A DNA stretch of 64,000 nucleotides, from the NCBI GenBank assembly GCA_963765895.1, contig CAVXZB010000019.1:128001-192000 (forward strand), written 5' to 3'. Positions 33,920 to 44,828 of the stretch are shown here, one piece after another. The stretch comes from an uncultured Nitrososphaeraceae archaeon. GTDB taxonomy: Archaea > Thermoproteota > Nitrososphaeria > Nitrososphaerales > Nitrososphaeraceae. A program made the translations under genes and the position numbers. The notes beneath the pieces are model-generated. The model saw only the letters and a list, made by a program, of their open reading frames with translations. It had not been told where the DNA came from and searched no databases. Each line of letters opens with the position of its first letter. Positions within the stretch are counted from its first letter, which is position 1.

Positions 33920-35206
33920 CTATTTTTCGAGAGAAAGTATAAAATTTTTTATTAATGAGGATGTGTTTCCAGTTCCAAATATCGGTTTCATATCCTCCGA
34001 AAGGTACTTACACGATACCTCAGAAGTGCCTTTATCTAATCTGGGTCTTAATGTAGACATTTTAGGCGTCCGTCGTAGTACTGAATTTACTATGCCCATT
34101 GGATTAACGCTTATTAGCTTATTCCATCCTTCCTTTACGGTTTCTACCCATTCAGTACTCTCTCGTATGGTAAAACAAGGCACTCCTAGAATATAGGCCT
34201 CCTTCTGAACTCCCCCCGAATCTGTTATAGTTTTGCTCGCATTTTGCAATAACTGAATAAAATCAATATATCCAACAGGATCAATAATCCGTAGATTTGA
34301 GCAATTTTCAAGTCTTTCGTACAAACCATTTTCTTTAAATTTTTTCTTTGTTCCCGGATGAATAGGATATATGACAAGCCTGTTGTGGTCTAAATGATTG
34401 CTAGAATAATATTTTTCAGATAGGATCTCAAAAGCCTCAATAATCGAGGTGAGGATTTTTGTGGAATGAGTATTCTCTGCCCTGTGCATTGTGAATAGTA
34501 TATAAGATTTTGGAATTAGACTTAACCTATCAAGAACCTTCGACTCTCTTATTGAAATCTGGAGAGCCTCATTTACCACCTCGACTGACAGATCTCCTGT
34601 AAATATTGACCTGCCGTACACGTGTTCTCTTTTTAGATTAGCAATGGCCGTCTCGGTGGAAGCAAAATGATATTCACTCAAATTGTCAGTTAGTATTCTA
34701 TTAATTTCTTCTGGCATGCGTCTATCAAAGCTCCTTAAGCCGGACTCGATATGTGCAACTTTTATACCTGAACTAACCGCAGAGAGTGCACCAGCAAAAG
34801 TCGAGTTTGTATCTCCGTATACCAGAACGAGATCAAATGGCGGTTTCCTATTCCTTTGCTTCGTAGACCGAAACTCATAACTGGTATCAAACGTACTACG
34901 AGTTAATCTATTGTATTTCCTATAATTTATTCTATAATTTAAGAAAATATCTTCCAATCTTTTAACCATTTCTCCTATTTGATATCCTGGTGGACCCGAT
35001 CCTACACCAAGTTCGAAATCTGGATCAGGAAGCCCGAATTCCTTAAAGAATATTTTTGATAAGCCAAAATCATAATGTTGACCGGTATGTATTATCTCAT
35101 GATCCACATGACCCTTCAGAGCCTTATAAATGGGCGCGACTTTAATAAAGTTCGGTCTTGCACCCACAACCGATGCGATTTTCAAGAAATGGATCAACCT
35201 ATCCAA
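33920..35206 (-). CDS. wecB: UDP-N-acetylglucosamine 2-epimerase (non-hydrolysing)
   Basis: VGARPNFIK, HTGQHYD, YGDTNST, HIESGLRS, PEEINR, TDSGGVQKEA and TEWVET. Confidence 0.95.
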   Translation of the reverse strand: MDRLIHFLKIASVVGARPNFIKVAPIYKALKGHVDHEIIHTGQHYDFGLSKIFFKEFGLPDPDFELGVGSGPPGYQIGEMVKRLEDIFLNYRINYRKYNRLTRSTFDTSYEFRSTKQRNRKPPFDLVLVYGDTNSTFAGALSAVSSGIKVAHIESGLRSFDRRMPEEINRILTDNLSEYHFASTETAIANLKREHVYGRSIFTGDLSVEVVNEALQISIRESKVLDRLSLIPKSYILFTMHRAENTHSTKILTSIIEAFEILSEKYYSSNHLDHNRLVIYPIHPGTKKKFKENGLYERLENCSNLRIIDPVGYIDFIQLLQNASKTITDSGGVQKEAYILGVPCFTIRESTEWVETVKEGWNKLISVNPMGIVNSVLRRTPKMSTLRPRLDKGTSEVSCKYLSEDMKPIFGTGNTSSLIKNFILSLEK

Positions 35207-35480
35207 TTAAATATATTCTTTAATAGTCCTCTTTCTCCAATAGGATTGGAGTCAGAATTGCATAGGACTTCTCCTAGTTTAATCATAGAGATATCTCAAT
35301 TTCCTATTTCACCATATATAGTTCTGGGCTATGCACACTCTGCGTCTAATTTTAATGTGACAATCTCTATCACACGTGCGACGGTATCCTAGGCATGCGC
35401 GGAATCAAAAGACTATTCGACTTATTCATCACTAATCATCTATCCAATTCTGGTTCGATGTATAGTTGATTTTCATATAA

Positions 35481-35528
35481 GATTTATCAGATTAAACTGG
35501 GTGCATTAATCCTCTTAACGCAAATAAA
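35481..35528 (+). promoter_or_regulatory. Conserved upstream element of CGNG-family gene, copy 1
   Basis: GATTTATCAGATTAAACTGGGTGCATTAATCCTCTTAACGCAAATAAA aligns without gaps to the upstream regions of the other three copies. Confidence 0.7.
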
Positions 35529-35556
35529 TTATTAATTCACCTTGTACACAAGAATC

Positions 35557-35796
35557 ATGAATAACAAAACTATGGCAATTGTGGCGATCGCCGCAGTAGC
35601 AGCTATGTTAATCGCAACATCGATGATTGCAACTGACAGTGCACTTGCAAAAAAATACAAGAAGACACAAACGGCAGCTCAGGCAAACGCTTGTGGTAAT
35701 GGAAAATTAGCGATGAAGATCTTCTGTCAGGCAGTCAGTTCTCAATTACAGGGCAACGACAACGCTGTTAACGTAATAGGCGTACAGCCTTCGTAG
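35557..35796 (+). CDS. Secreted CGNG-x7-CQ family protein, copy 1
   Basis: MNNK signal peptide ending ALA; QANACGNGKLAMKIFCQAVSSQLQGNDNAVN; T-tract downstream. Confidence 0.85.
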   Translation: MNNKTMAIVAIAAVAAMLIATSMIATDSALAKKYKKTQTAAQANACGNGKLAMKIFCQAVSSQLQGNDNAVNVIGVQPS

Positions 35797-36119
35797 TCCC
35801 CCATACACATTTTTTTCGATGGTTTCGTTTTAAACCAGCTTGTAGTTTCTCACTCTCTGTCAATAGAATATCGCATAATTGGTATCGTTTACGTTCATTA
35901 GTACTGTCATGACCGATGCAAGAACGTAAACTCGACAAAATCCTTTTCGAGACAGAGACCTAAGTGGAGTATAGAATTGTACATGACAATATCGTATTGC
36001 CAGTCATTCGATAATTTAACATACAGGAGCTACCAACATGAGAAGACAATACGACGTTGTGCAATATGTTAATTCATATTCCTATTGATTATTTGATAAC
36101 AGGGATATATGATCTATTG

Positions 36120-36923
36120 ATGAAGGTAAGAACAGTTCCGATCTATCCTGAGCCGGCCCTTCTGTTAATTAACGAGCAGAATGGACTTTCAGCCAAGAGG
36201 TATATTGTGGTTTCGGATCTACATTTAGGATTCGAAAATACACTAGATACACGTGGAATATTTATTGACTCGAATCTATATCTAACCGAGACAATAAATG
36301 AGTTGGTGCGTTTAATTCATTCTTATAAACCCGAGGCAGTTATACTGTTAGGAGATCTAAAGAGCACTGTCGGCCACATAAATAAGGATGAATGGAAAAA
36401 TGTACCATATTTTCTGGATGTGATTTCAAGATATATCGACATTTATTTTATTCCTGGAAATCATGATGCCAATATAAGACTCTTGATACCAGATTACGTC
36501 AATGTTTTCAGCATGAATGGAATGCTTTTAAATGATACTCTTCTGTTGCACGGACATACTATGCCATCGAACGCTAGGTTGTCGACAGTCAAAAGAATCA
36601 TAATGGGCCATATCCATCCTGTTTTTCTGAAAGAAGGCAGTGTTCTGAGTGGTCAGAGGGTTTGGCTGTATTTCAAGGCAAAAAAATGGGCTTTAAGCCC
36701 TATGAACATGACTAGTGTATCTCAAGACAACGAATTAGTTGAGATCGTAGTGATTCCAGCCTTCAACAGGTACCTTTACGCATTATCCAAGAAGCAATTC
36801 AAAAAATCCATCTCACCCATCATAAATAGAATCCTTCTGAAAAATGCAGTCGAAGAGGCATACATAACTACTCTTGATGGCTCTCTAATCGGCGATATTA
36901 ATTCCTTGCACAATGTTGTTTGA
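36120..36923 (+). CDS. Calcineurin-like metallophosphoesterase
   Basis: SDLHLG, LLGD, PGNHD, LHGH, MGHIHP and PAFN. Confidence 0.9.
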   Translation: MKVRTVPIYPEPALLLINEQNGLSAKRYIVVSDLHLGFENTLDTRGIFIDSNLYLTETINELVRLIHSYKPEAVILLGDLKSTVGHINKDEWKNVPYFLDVISRYIDIYFIPGNHDANIRLLIPDYVNVFSMNGMLLNDTLLLHGHTMPSNARLSTVKRIIMGHIHPVFLKEGSVLSGQRVWLYFKAKKWALSPMNMTSVSQDNELVEIVVIPAFNRYLYALSKKQFKKSISPIINRILLKNAVEEAYITTLDGSLIGDINSLHNVV

Positions 36924-37008
36924 ATCTGCCTATTCCTATTTTTATTTCTGATTTGCCGACTCGCAGCTATGTCGTTCATATTCTGATTTCGAAATATTAG
37001 AAGTCAAA

Positions 37009-37218
37009 TTAAGCGGGGTTTGACCTTTTACCCTGATATGAGTGAGCCTGTCGAATGTGGTGTCTCATTTGTTCCATACCTTCAAAACATTTCTTACATT
37101 CTCTGCATTCGTATGCATTTTGATCACAATGAACTAGTTGAACGTGTTGCATGAGCTCTTCAATTCCTCTAAAGTGTTGTTTGCAATTATAACATTTGTG
37201 TTTTTTAAATGGATTCAA
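37009..37218 (-). CDS. Small C2H2 zinc-finger protein (two fingers)
   Basis: CYNC..F..L..H..H and CREC..F..M..H..H. Confidence 0.8.
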   Translation of the reverse strand: MNPFKKHKCYNCKQHFRGIEELMQHVQLVHCDQNAYECRECKKCFEGMEQMRHHIRQAHSYQGKRSNPA

Positions 37219-37667
37219 GTAACTTTCACTTTTTGATTGCAGTTATCCCAGCAGGTTCTGCAAAGTTGACCTGCTATCTTCCATTTGGGTTTTGGATTGT
37301 AACGAAAAAAGCTAAGTTTTTTTTGACATACTGCACAGAAATTTATCTTTTTTTCAAACTCAATTCTTTTATTTTCATAACATTCTTCACATAGAACACT
37401 TCCTGTACCCATCTCCCATTGCCATTTCGGTTTATTCTTGTCTGCTTCTTCAAGTTCCTTAGCACATATTGAACACCTATCTCTCGCTTCTTGAAGTCTT
37501 TTCTTTTCCTCTTGCTTCTTGAGAACTTGCTCTTTAGTCTTGTCTATATGGCAATCAGCGCATAGAAGGCCTTCTATACCCGAATCATCCGGGGGCTTGT
37601 ATTTATGTTTCATCACCTTACCGCAATTTGCACAATGGAGAATTTTTTTTCTACCGAAAAGCTCCAA
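37215..37667 (-). CDS. Multi-CxxC zinc-binding protein
   Basis: Three CxxC...LCxxC modules; overlaps the C2H2 gene by 4 nt. Confidence 0.75.
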   Translation of the reverse strand: MELFGRKKILHCANCGKVMKHKYKPPDDSGIEGLLCADCHIDKTKEQVLKKQEEKKRLQEARDRCSICAKELEEADKNKPKWQWEMGTGSVLCEECYENKRIEFEKKINFCAVCQKKLSFFRYNPKPKWKIAGQLCRTCWDNCNQKVKVT

Positions 37668-38206
37668 CTGAATATATTATGATGCACCCATAGAAAAATC
37701 TTTAAGCCAATGTCGTATCATCAGGAATAAATTCTCAGGCAAAACGATGACTGTTTTTTGTGAATAGCATTTGAAAATGCTTTCCGACTATTTCAGAGGT
37801 AATGGACTGGTCTAGATATAATGTTCATGCTTAACTGGAATCTGTCTAAATTGTTTATACAATTAGTATATCTTGTCATTTGCATAACCTTCGGAGTTTA
37901 TTAAAACAAAATATTGTGAAAATGATATCATGCATGAAAAATTGCTTTTGCGGATACCTATTTTGGATAGGTGAGTCAATGTTGAACATTGTCTCAGTGA
38001 GAATTTAGTTGGCCCGTAGGAAAGCATTCACAATAGCAATAGGCTTGAATCAACCTTTGATCCAGTACTTAATATCTTTGAAATAGGATACGTCTCTTCT
38101 ATCGAGACCTTGTATGATGATTTAAACGAATTTAAATAATAGGAAAAGAAAAAAATAGGACAATGAAACGAACTATATTGCCTTGATCTCTTAGTTAGTT
38201 TAGTTC

Positions 38207-38453
38207 TTATTGTGAAACGGTTAGATTGGCCAAATTGCCTCTACCTTGAATTTGTGATGCTGCATTTTGGCAGTCAATCTTTGATGGCAATTTACCGTTA
38301 CCGCAATTGTTTTCTTGTGCTAACGTTTGAGTTGTTCTCTTCTTGTAATGTCCACCTGCAAATGCGTTGCTTGGATTCATGGCCGATGTCGTGACTAACA
38401 ATGCTGCAACTATTGCTATAGGCAGCGATTGCGAAACCAGTTTTGTTGTTCAT
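38207..38453 (-). CDS. Secreted CGNG-x7-CQ family protein, copy 2 (+1 frameshift at ~38421)
   Basis: 5' half nearly identical to copy 3; QENNCGNGKLPSKIDCQNAASQIQGRGNLANLTVSQ. Confidence 0.85.
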
Positions 38454-38538
38454 ATTATATTTCTCTATTAACACAATATTGCGATAGTTTATCTGCATTA
38501 GGAGAAATATTGCTACGAGTTAAATCAGATTTATCTTC
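38328..38538 (-). repeat. Left arm of ~210-bp inverted duplication (partner 39419-39627)
   Basis: Its reverse complement matches 39419-39627 except for one extra base and one substitution. Confidence 0.9.
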
Positions 38539-39191
38539 TCGAACACTCACTGCTCGAATCGGTCATGATATCAATGCATCATGATGGGTCGGTTCATGGG
38601 TTATGATGCACGATAACTCCAATACGTGATAAAATGTCAATCCTTTATGGCTGCTGGGATTGAATACATACGATCATACTTAGCTGATCCTGCACAAATT
38701 TTAATTGTCCTTAATGTCTATGGCCCTAATTTCTTCATGAAAGCAAAATGTTTACGTTACCAAACAGGAAATTTTCAGGCCAAATTGCCAGTTCGCGTCG
38801 AATTGCACGGGAAGCTGCATAGGATAATTTTCGCAACTTGCTTAACGTTAGATCATAGATTCTACCTACAGCCTTCCAAATTTTCGACTGATCGAAGATA
38901 CTATGAATAACAAATATAAGTAGTGATCAAAGGTGGTAATTGCCCATGCAGACTCGTTTGCGAATCATACTCTGTAGTCGGTTACGATTTGTTCCTTTAC
39001 TGACAGTTATCTGACTAATCCATTTGTCATAGACTTGGTCTAGACAATTGAAACGATATACAGATATCTGACATAAATTCTGTGAACTCTCTTATCAAGT
39101 GAAGCGAATTTAAAGATCACAAATTCTTGACATAAGAAATGTGAGTGGGGATTAAAATTCAAGAATATGCTAAATGGACTGTGAGAGAATT

Positions 39192-39250
39192 ATGAACAAC
39201 AAACTACTACATCACTTAGCAGCCATGCAGCAGCAGTATAATCACAGTCC
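39192..39250 (+). pseudogene. Possible decayed 5' relic of a CGNG-family gene
   Basis: AATTATGAACAACAAA start context and GCA-rich signal-like codons, but no intact frame. Confidence 0.3.
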
Positions 39251-39418
39251 AATTCTTACACTATTCTTGATCTGTAACCCCACACTGCTGCATGAATAAA
39301 CGTGATAGAATAAAAACATTTTTAAAGAATTTTACCTCATCAAAATATACTAAAATAATATACAGTATGAGCACATGCTTATGCAATTCATCCTCCTTAT
39401 GTCTGCTAGACTACTATG

Positions 39419-39627
39419 GAAGATAAATCTGATTTAACTCGTAGCAATATTTCTCCTAATGCAGATAAACTATCGCAATATTGTGTTAATAGAGAAATAT
39501 AATATGAACAACAAAACTGGTTTCGCAATCGCTGCTATAGCAATAGTTGCAGCATTGTTAGTCACGACATCGGCCATGAATCCAAGCAACGCATTTGCAG
39601 GTGGACATTACAAGAAGAGTACAACTC
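39419..39627 (+). repeat. Right arm of inverted duplication (upstream element plus signal-peptide coding region)
   Basis: See partner 38328-38538. Confidence 0.9.
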
Positions 39628-39918
39628 AGACATTGTTACAACAAAACAATTGTGGTAACGGTACAATGCCACTTAATGTTGACTGCCAAAATGCAGCATC
39701 ACAAATTCAAGGTAGAGGTAATTCGGCTGCAGTAGCGGCTTCACAAGGAGCTGCTGATGGCGAGTCACGGTGGCGATCACGATGGCGGTCACGATGGCGG
39801 TCACGATGGCGGTGACGATGGCGGTCACGATGGCGGTCACGATGGCAGGGGCAACAGCGCTAACGGCGGTAACGGCGGCGACGCTAACAGTGGCGGCATG
39901 AAGGCTGAAGTAAAGTAA
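39504..39918 (+). CDS. Secreted CGNG-x7-CQ family protein, copy 3, with (GGHD)n tail (+1 frameshift at ~39763)
   Basis: QQNNCGNGTMPLNVDCQNAASQIQGRGNSAAVAASQ; the corrected frame continues ..HGGDHDGGHDGGHDGGDDGGHDGGHDGRGNSANGGNGGDANSGGMKAEVK*. Confidence 0.8.
39778..39846 (+). repeat. 12-bp tandem repeat (CACGATGGCGGT) x~6, coding
   Basis: Directly visible; one unit begins GAC instead of CAC. Confidence 0.95.
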
Positions 39919-39962
39919 GCACGGACTGAGTAAAGAATCAAAAATAACAACTAACGACAAAA

Positions 39963-39980
39963 CCTTTTCTTTCTTTTTTT
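39963..39980 (+). terminator. T-rich archaeal terminator after copy 3
   Basis: CCTTTTCTTTCTTTTTTT ~45 nt after the stop. Confidence 0.55.
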
Positions 39981-40801
39981 AACAAATCTGTCAACAACGA
40001 TTCTTTTGGTATAAGCGTAATAACGACCTTCCTAGCCTTCAAATAAGACCATAATTGTTGCAGAAAACATTTTTTATTGCAATACTGTACTATGCAATAC
40101 TAAACATATCAACAATACTATTAGAATAAATAATTAATGCTATGTCAAAGAAAAAATATTATGATGTATTTTCCTGATGTCTAATGAAAAATTCATTGAG
40201 ACTCTAATAAGAATCCCGAAAGCGTATTGCAATGCATTACATACTAACAAATAATCAAAAATATATTCCTAAAAGACGTAAATAGTTACTTGAGAACAAT
40301 GAAGAGCTGAATGTCACATCATATTTCTACAAATTTACAATAATAGTGACTTAACATTTACTTAATATTAGCACGACCGCTAATTATCTGAGCTTCTCGG
40401 TGACTCTGCCCATTTCTTCCACAACCTTTTAGGGTATCTGAGATATCCATAACTTGGTTACGATTGGAGCATCAGATTATTCAGGTGTTCGAAAATGTTA
40501 GCCTGTATTCAGCTGTAAACCCAATTCTGATTACATTATATTATTAAATTAGTCTCGTAGTTATAGTCTACACCAGATTCCGGGTATCAAATAATTGTAT
40601 CTACAAGCTCGTCATACTAAAGTTAATGCCGGTAACTTCAGAGAACATTAACATTTATTATTTTCACACTACGCCAAGCATAACTGCAGCAGGATCACGC
40701 CAGACAAAAAGGAAAAGTTTTCCTATACTCGTTAATTATTGAAAACTCATATAACTGGAATTCTGTTCAAACAGCAACTGATTAGTCTTGAGCACAGGAA
40801 T

Positions 40802-41020
40802 TCATCTTCCTCTATTACTTATTAATACTAGATTTTCTACGTCGTTTGGATTTAGATAGATTTCTCCCTTTATCGATTCCTTAATTCCGATTATTGGTTC
40901 CCTACATTCAGGACAGATTTGATAGTAAACAAAGATAGTGTTATTTCTTGCATTTTTTCCCACAATAGAGTTATTCATATGAGGATGAAATTTGTTCTGA
41001 CACGTAGGGCAAGTTAACAT
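40802..41020 (-). CDS. Small zinc-ribbon protein
   Basis: CPTC...CPEC in 72 aa. Confidence 0.7.
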   Translation of the reverse strand: MLTCPTCQNKFHPHMNNSIVGKNARNNTIFVYYQICPECREPIIGIKESIKGEIYLNPNDVENLVLISNRGR

Positions 41021-41317
41021 AGTTTTTATCTATAAGAACAAGCTCAGATAATTATATCTTTTCGTGAGTAACTCAGACCGATGCAGTATTTAGTTTAAAT
41101 TACTTACCCCTCATTGGTCGTACATCTTGTTACTAGTTACTATACCACTGATAATCGCTTGATTGAATCTCTCAATTCCGAACATTCACATAATAGTAGA
41201 TATTAATCTTGGTAGAGTTACCCTTATAATTATATGAATTTCTGCAAAAATCCTTTTAATATTACTAATTTATTGCAAAAGCAATCATTTCCAGTTTCCA
41301 GTTTTATTTTCTAGATT

Positions 41318-42262
41318 CTATTTATATAATGTTTTTAAATCTTGTTCTTGCAATAGAATTTGTGACCTCTTCATACTTTTATCTGTACAGATATTGTATG
41401 TATTTACAAATAATTCTGCAAGATCTGCTTTATTCTTATTCTTACTTATAATTTCAACGCGCTTTTCAAATATCGTGGAAAGAATATTATTGTATCTACA
41501 AGATCGTTGGATATTGTGATTCCATGACATTATAACCAAGACATTTTGTAATATTTTCGTTTCCATTAACGAATGTTTAATTTCTCTTAGTAGATGTTCT
41601 GCTTCTCTACTATTTAATCGTGGTTCACACAAAAACATTTCCAAAAAATTTGAAATTATCACCACCTTGGAATTATAAGATTGAATTATTCGTGGTATTT
41701 GGGTAATGATCAAATCTATCAATTGATAAACTGTGAATGCCCTGCTTACAATTATGTGCTGTAATATTCTTTTAATATCTAATCCATATTGTCTTGCAAA
41801 GTTTACAAATAGATAAAAATCCAGACTATTTCCTGCATCTATAATTACAATGTTAGGTGAATTAAATCCTCCTATTCTTTTTGGCATTAAAGCACGAACA
41901 CACAATCTTGTAACAATCATATTTGTATATTTTTTATTGCCAATTATACATACTCTATCTCCATTTGAGAAATTTACAAGATTATCTAATTTTTCAATAC
42001 CACAAGATAATGCATCTGTCTTGTAATTTAATTCATAAGCAGTTCTAAATTTAGGTAATGGCTCTTGTCGCTGCGGCGATTGTGAGAATAAATGTATCCT
42101 TTTATCATAATTCCTTTTAATAAGAGTATTTGAAAGTAAAGATCTACATATAGGGCATTCCTCCTTATTAGACCATAAGTTACTAATAGATGTGTCTAGT
42201 TCCTTTAGAATGGTGCCACATTCTTTGCACAAATATTGTAGTATATTTTGATTAAACATCAA
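41318..42262 (-). CDS. Inactive RadA/Rad51-like protein with N-terminal zinc ribbon
   Basis: CKEC..CPIC, FRTAYEL, GIEKLDNL, IIDAGNS and IIVSRAFTVYQL; the Walker A GKT is absent (IIGNKKYT). Confidence 0.8.
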   Translation of the reverse strand: MMFNQNILQYLCKECGTILKELDTSISNLWSNKEECPICRSLLSNTLIKRNYDKRIHLFSQSPQRQEPLPKFRTAYELNYKTDALSCGIEKLDNLVNFSNGDRVCIIGNKKYTNMIVTRLCVRALMPKRIGGFNSPNIVIIDAGNSLDFYLFVNFARQYGLDIKRILQHIIVSRAFTVYQLIDLIITQIPRIIQSYNSKVVIISNFLEMFLCEPRLNSREAEHLLREIKHSLMETKILQNVLVIMSWNHNIQRSCRYNNILSTIFEKRVEIISKNKNKADLAELFVNTYNICTDKSMKRSQILLQEQDLKTLYK

Positions 42263-42264
42263 TG

Positions 42265-42297
42265 GTACGGTAAGAGTACGGTAACATACCTTATAAG
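42265..42297 (-). promoter_or_regulatory. TATA box followed by a direct-repeat operator TTACCGTAC x2
   Basis: Minus strand: CTTATAAG-gtatg-TTACCGTAC-tc-TTACCGTAC-ca-TTG ATG. Confidence 0.6.
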
Positions 42298-42568
42298 TAG
42301 TTAAATAAATATTGTAACGAAATCAATTGATCATCGCGGTGGAAATGGGCTGTCGAAAGAACTCCTATACCTTAAATTGACAGAAACTACAACACAGATA
42401 TTTAAGATAAACCTATTAAGTCTGGCGTAATCTCAGAAGGACCAATTAACGGCTAACTGAAAACGAATTCTTTTGAATTCAAGAGGTATTCTGGCATTAA
42501 GTATATAATATGCGAACTAATCCGACTTTCCAAGGTGGTAGCTCAAAAGCCAGAGATAAGCCTCACAA

Positions 42569-42605
42569 ACTTAATCAATACTTAATCAATACTTAATCAA
42601 TACTT
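42569..42605. repeat. 11-bp tandem repeat ACTTAATCAAT x3.4
   Basis: Directly visible, intergenic. Confidence 0.9.
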
Positions 42606-44007
42606 CCTTGTATTCTAAAATCCTCTTAATGCAGAATATTTAGAAATAGTACCGCTGTCTATAAATACTGTTAATGATACGATCGTTCAATAATAAAGGA
42701 GAAATGTTAACCCTAATGCCATCAGCCAATCATAATAGGTGAACAGAGCTAAGTCTCCAATCTGTCCATAAAAATTCAAAAACCAAGAAGAAATCTTATC
42801 ACAATATCGCATCCGATTTTCGGTTGATGAGTAACTCATGTAACTGGAGAGCATTTCCTAATTCCAGATTTTCTAAATCCACATATGACTATCGAAATTT
42901 TAATCTACGTGAGAGATACTGTGATAATTGTCGTGAATCAGATCAGATAGACAGCTCACCATGATATATCAGCAAAATTAAAATTTCGATCTAAGCGAAC
43001 TATGTTAATCAAGAATTTTATAGGTTTTCTTTCATGTACGTTTTACCAGCATCGCTCAGTATCTCAGAGAAGTGAATAGAGAGATATTAATGCTTTCTAT
43101 TCCCTCTCTTATGAAAATTTAGTCGAGTTTAATCTTATATTTGGCCGGAGATTTGAGTTCAAGGGTTAATATTCAACAACGGCAGGACTGTCGAACTTGT
43201 GCATTACGATAATGAGGCATGAAAATTAAAAGATTATGGAACCTACTCAGAATTCCAAATATCAGGATTTAGGCAGGGATATCTTATATGCATGATAAAT
43301 AAAATTACTACACTCTAACGTCCACGACAACCAAACTCAAAAAAGTGGAGGCAAGTCCGGTACAGGCTAATTTAGTAACAATCAAATAAAAATGGGCTAT
43401 TTGTCGCAACATAACCTACCTTATAGGTTGTTGCCGTAGGCCAATATAGGGATATGGAAGGAGAAGATTTCGTGTCTTTTTTATAATTATCTTCATTTAT
43501 CTGATACCTTAGAATATGAGTCTTTTGTTATCGAAAGTGTTTATTGAGATATATCAATACTTACAATGTTGACATAATAGCTGTGAACACAGTATGTAAA
43601 GATAATATGTGAGGTTCAGAAGTCACTCTATATTGTTACTAATGCAAGTACCAAATAAAATCTGACATTGTTATACCGAACAATAGATATGACATGTACG
43701 CTTTAGTCTAGGGTTAAATTATTAATAGCTTATGTATCTAATCAAGCTCTACGCGAATGATCCTTGTAAGATGCCCGTTAACTGAACATGCAGACGACAC
43801 ACCAGTCGTTTAAAGTAGCAGTAATATATCAACGACAAATAGTCGTACAAGTAAACAGTTAGAATTGCCGCTTTGGCGTACTCCATATGAAATGCGCTAA
43901 ATTCGGACGATTAACTCAGTTATATAAATTATGAAGTGACATTCATATGTATTGTTGATATCAGATTTAATCAAGTATATGCTACATTAAATCCTAGGAA
44001 AGCCACA

Positions 44008-44828
44008 TTATGTGAAAAATTTGCGTATTACCTCGTAAACTACCGCGGCTTTCTCTGAGAACGGAGCGTGTCCTGCATTATCTATAACCTCCACTATAGC
44101 ATTTGTTAGCGATTGGTGGAATAATTCAAGATATTCAATAGGAATCAGAGTATCATTTCTACCCCATATTAGAAGCGTTGGCACTTTGCCCAGAAGCTTT
44201 AGTCGTTGGGGCTCAATCTGAGTCATTACACTATTCTCATAAGCCGAGCGGAAAGAGTATTTTGCATTAGGCATGTTTATTCTAAAAATAAAAAGGTTAA
44301 CCAATGCCGGACCTAAGGAAGATGGATTTGCCATCATTTGTTGGAATACATTTTTACGTTATCAAAGGATGGATACAATGCGGCATGAAAGTATTGCTCT
44401 AGTAGAGATGTCGGCCCATTTAATAGGCCTGAAGAGTCAATCAATACAAGTCTATCTATCAATCCCAAATTTTCTATTGCAACCTCTGCAGCAATATAAC
44501 CCCCAAGCGAATGTCCAATTAGACATGTTTTACCGTGATCTATGCCCACTGTTCTCATAAACTCAAATACAAAATCTTTGAAAAATCTGATGCTATAATC
44601 TACGGTGTTAGGCGTATCACTTTTGCCAAAACCTAGCAAATCGATCGCAAGCGTGTGATACGATTTAGATAAGGCTTCTGGGATATCCAGCCATCTGTCT
44701 GCAGATGCACCTAACCCGTGAATAAGTAAGATATGATCCGTGAAATTATTGTCACTCTTATTCTTATCGCCTGGCTCATATTCCAGGTACCTTGTTCTGA
44801 ATCCATTTACATCGACAAACTTTTCCAT
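44008..44828 (-). CDS. Alpha/beta hydrolase, frameshifted at an A-homopolymer (~44353)
   Basis: LIHGLG, DLLGFGKS, GHSLGG, IWGRND and AGHAPF across the two ORFs. Confidence 0.88.

Noticed and set aside
39760-39815. (RWRS)n cationic peptide tail in the ORF track
   Set aside because: Best explained by a +1 shift; the alternative frame gives a Gly-rich tail, like copy 4, that runs to a stop followed by a terminator.
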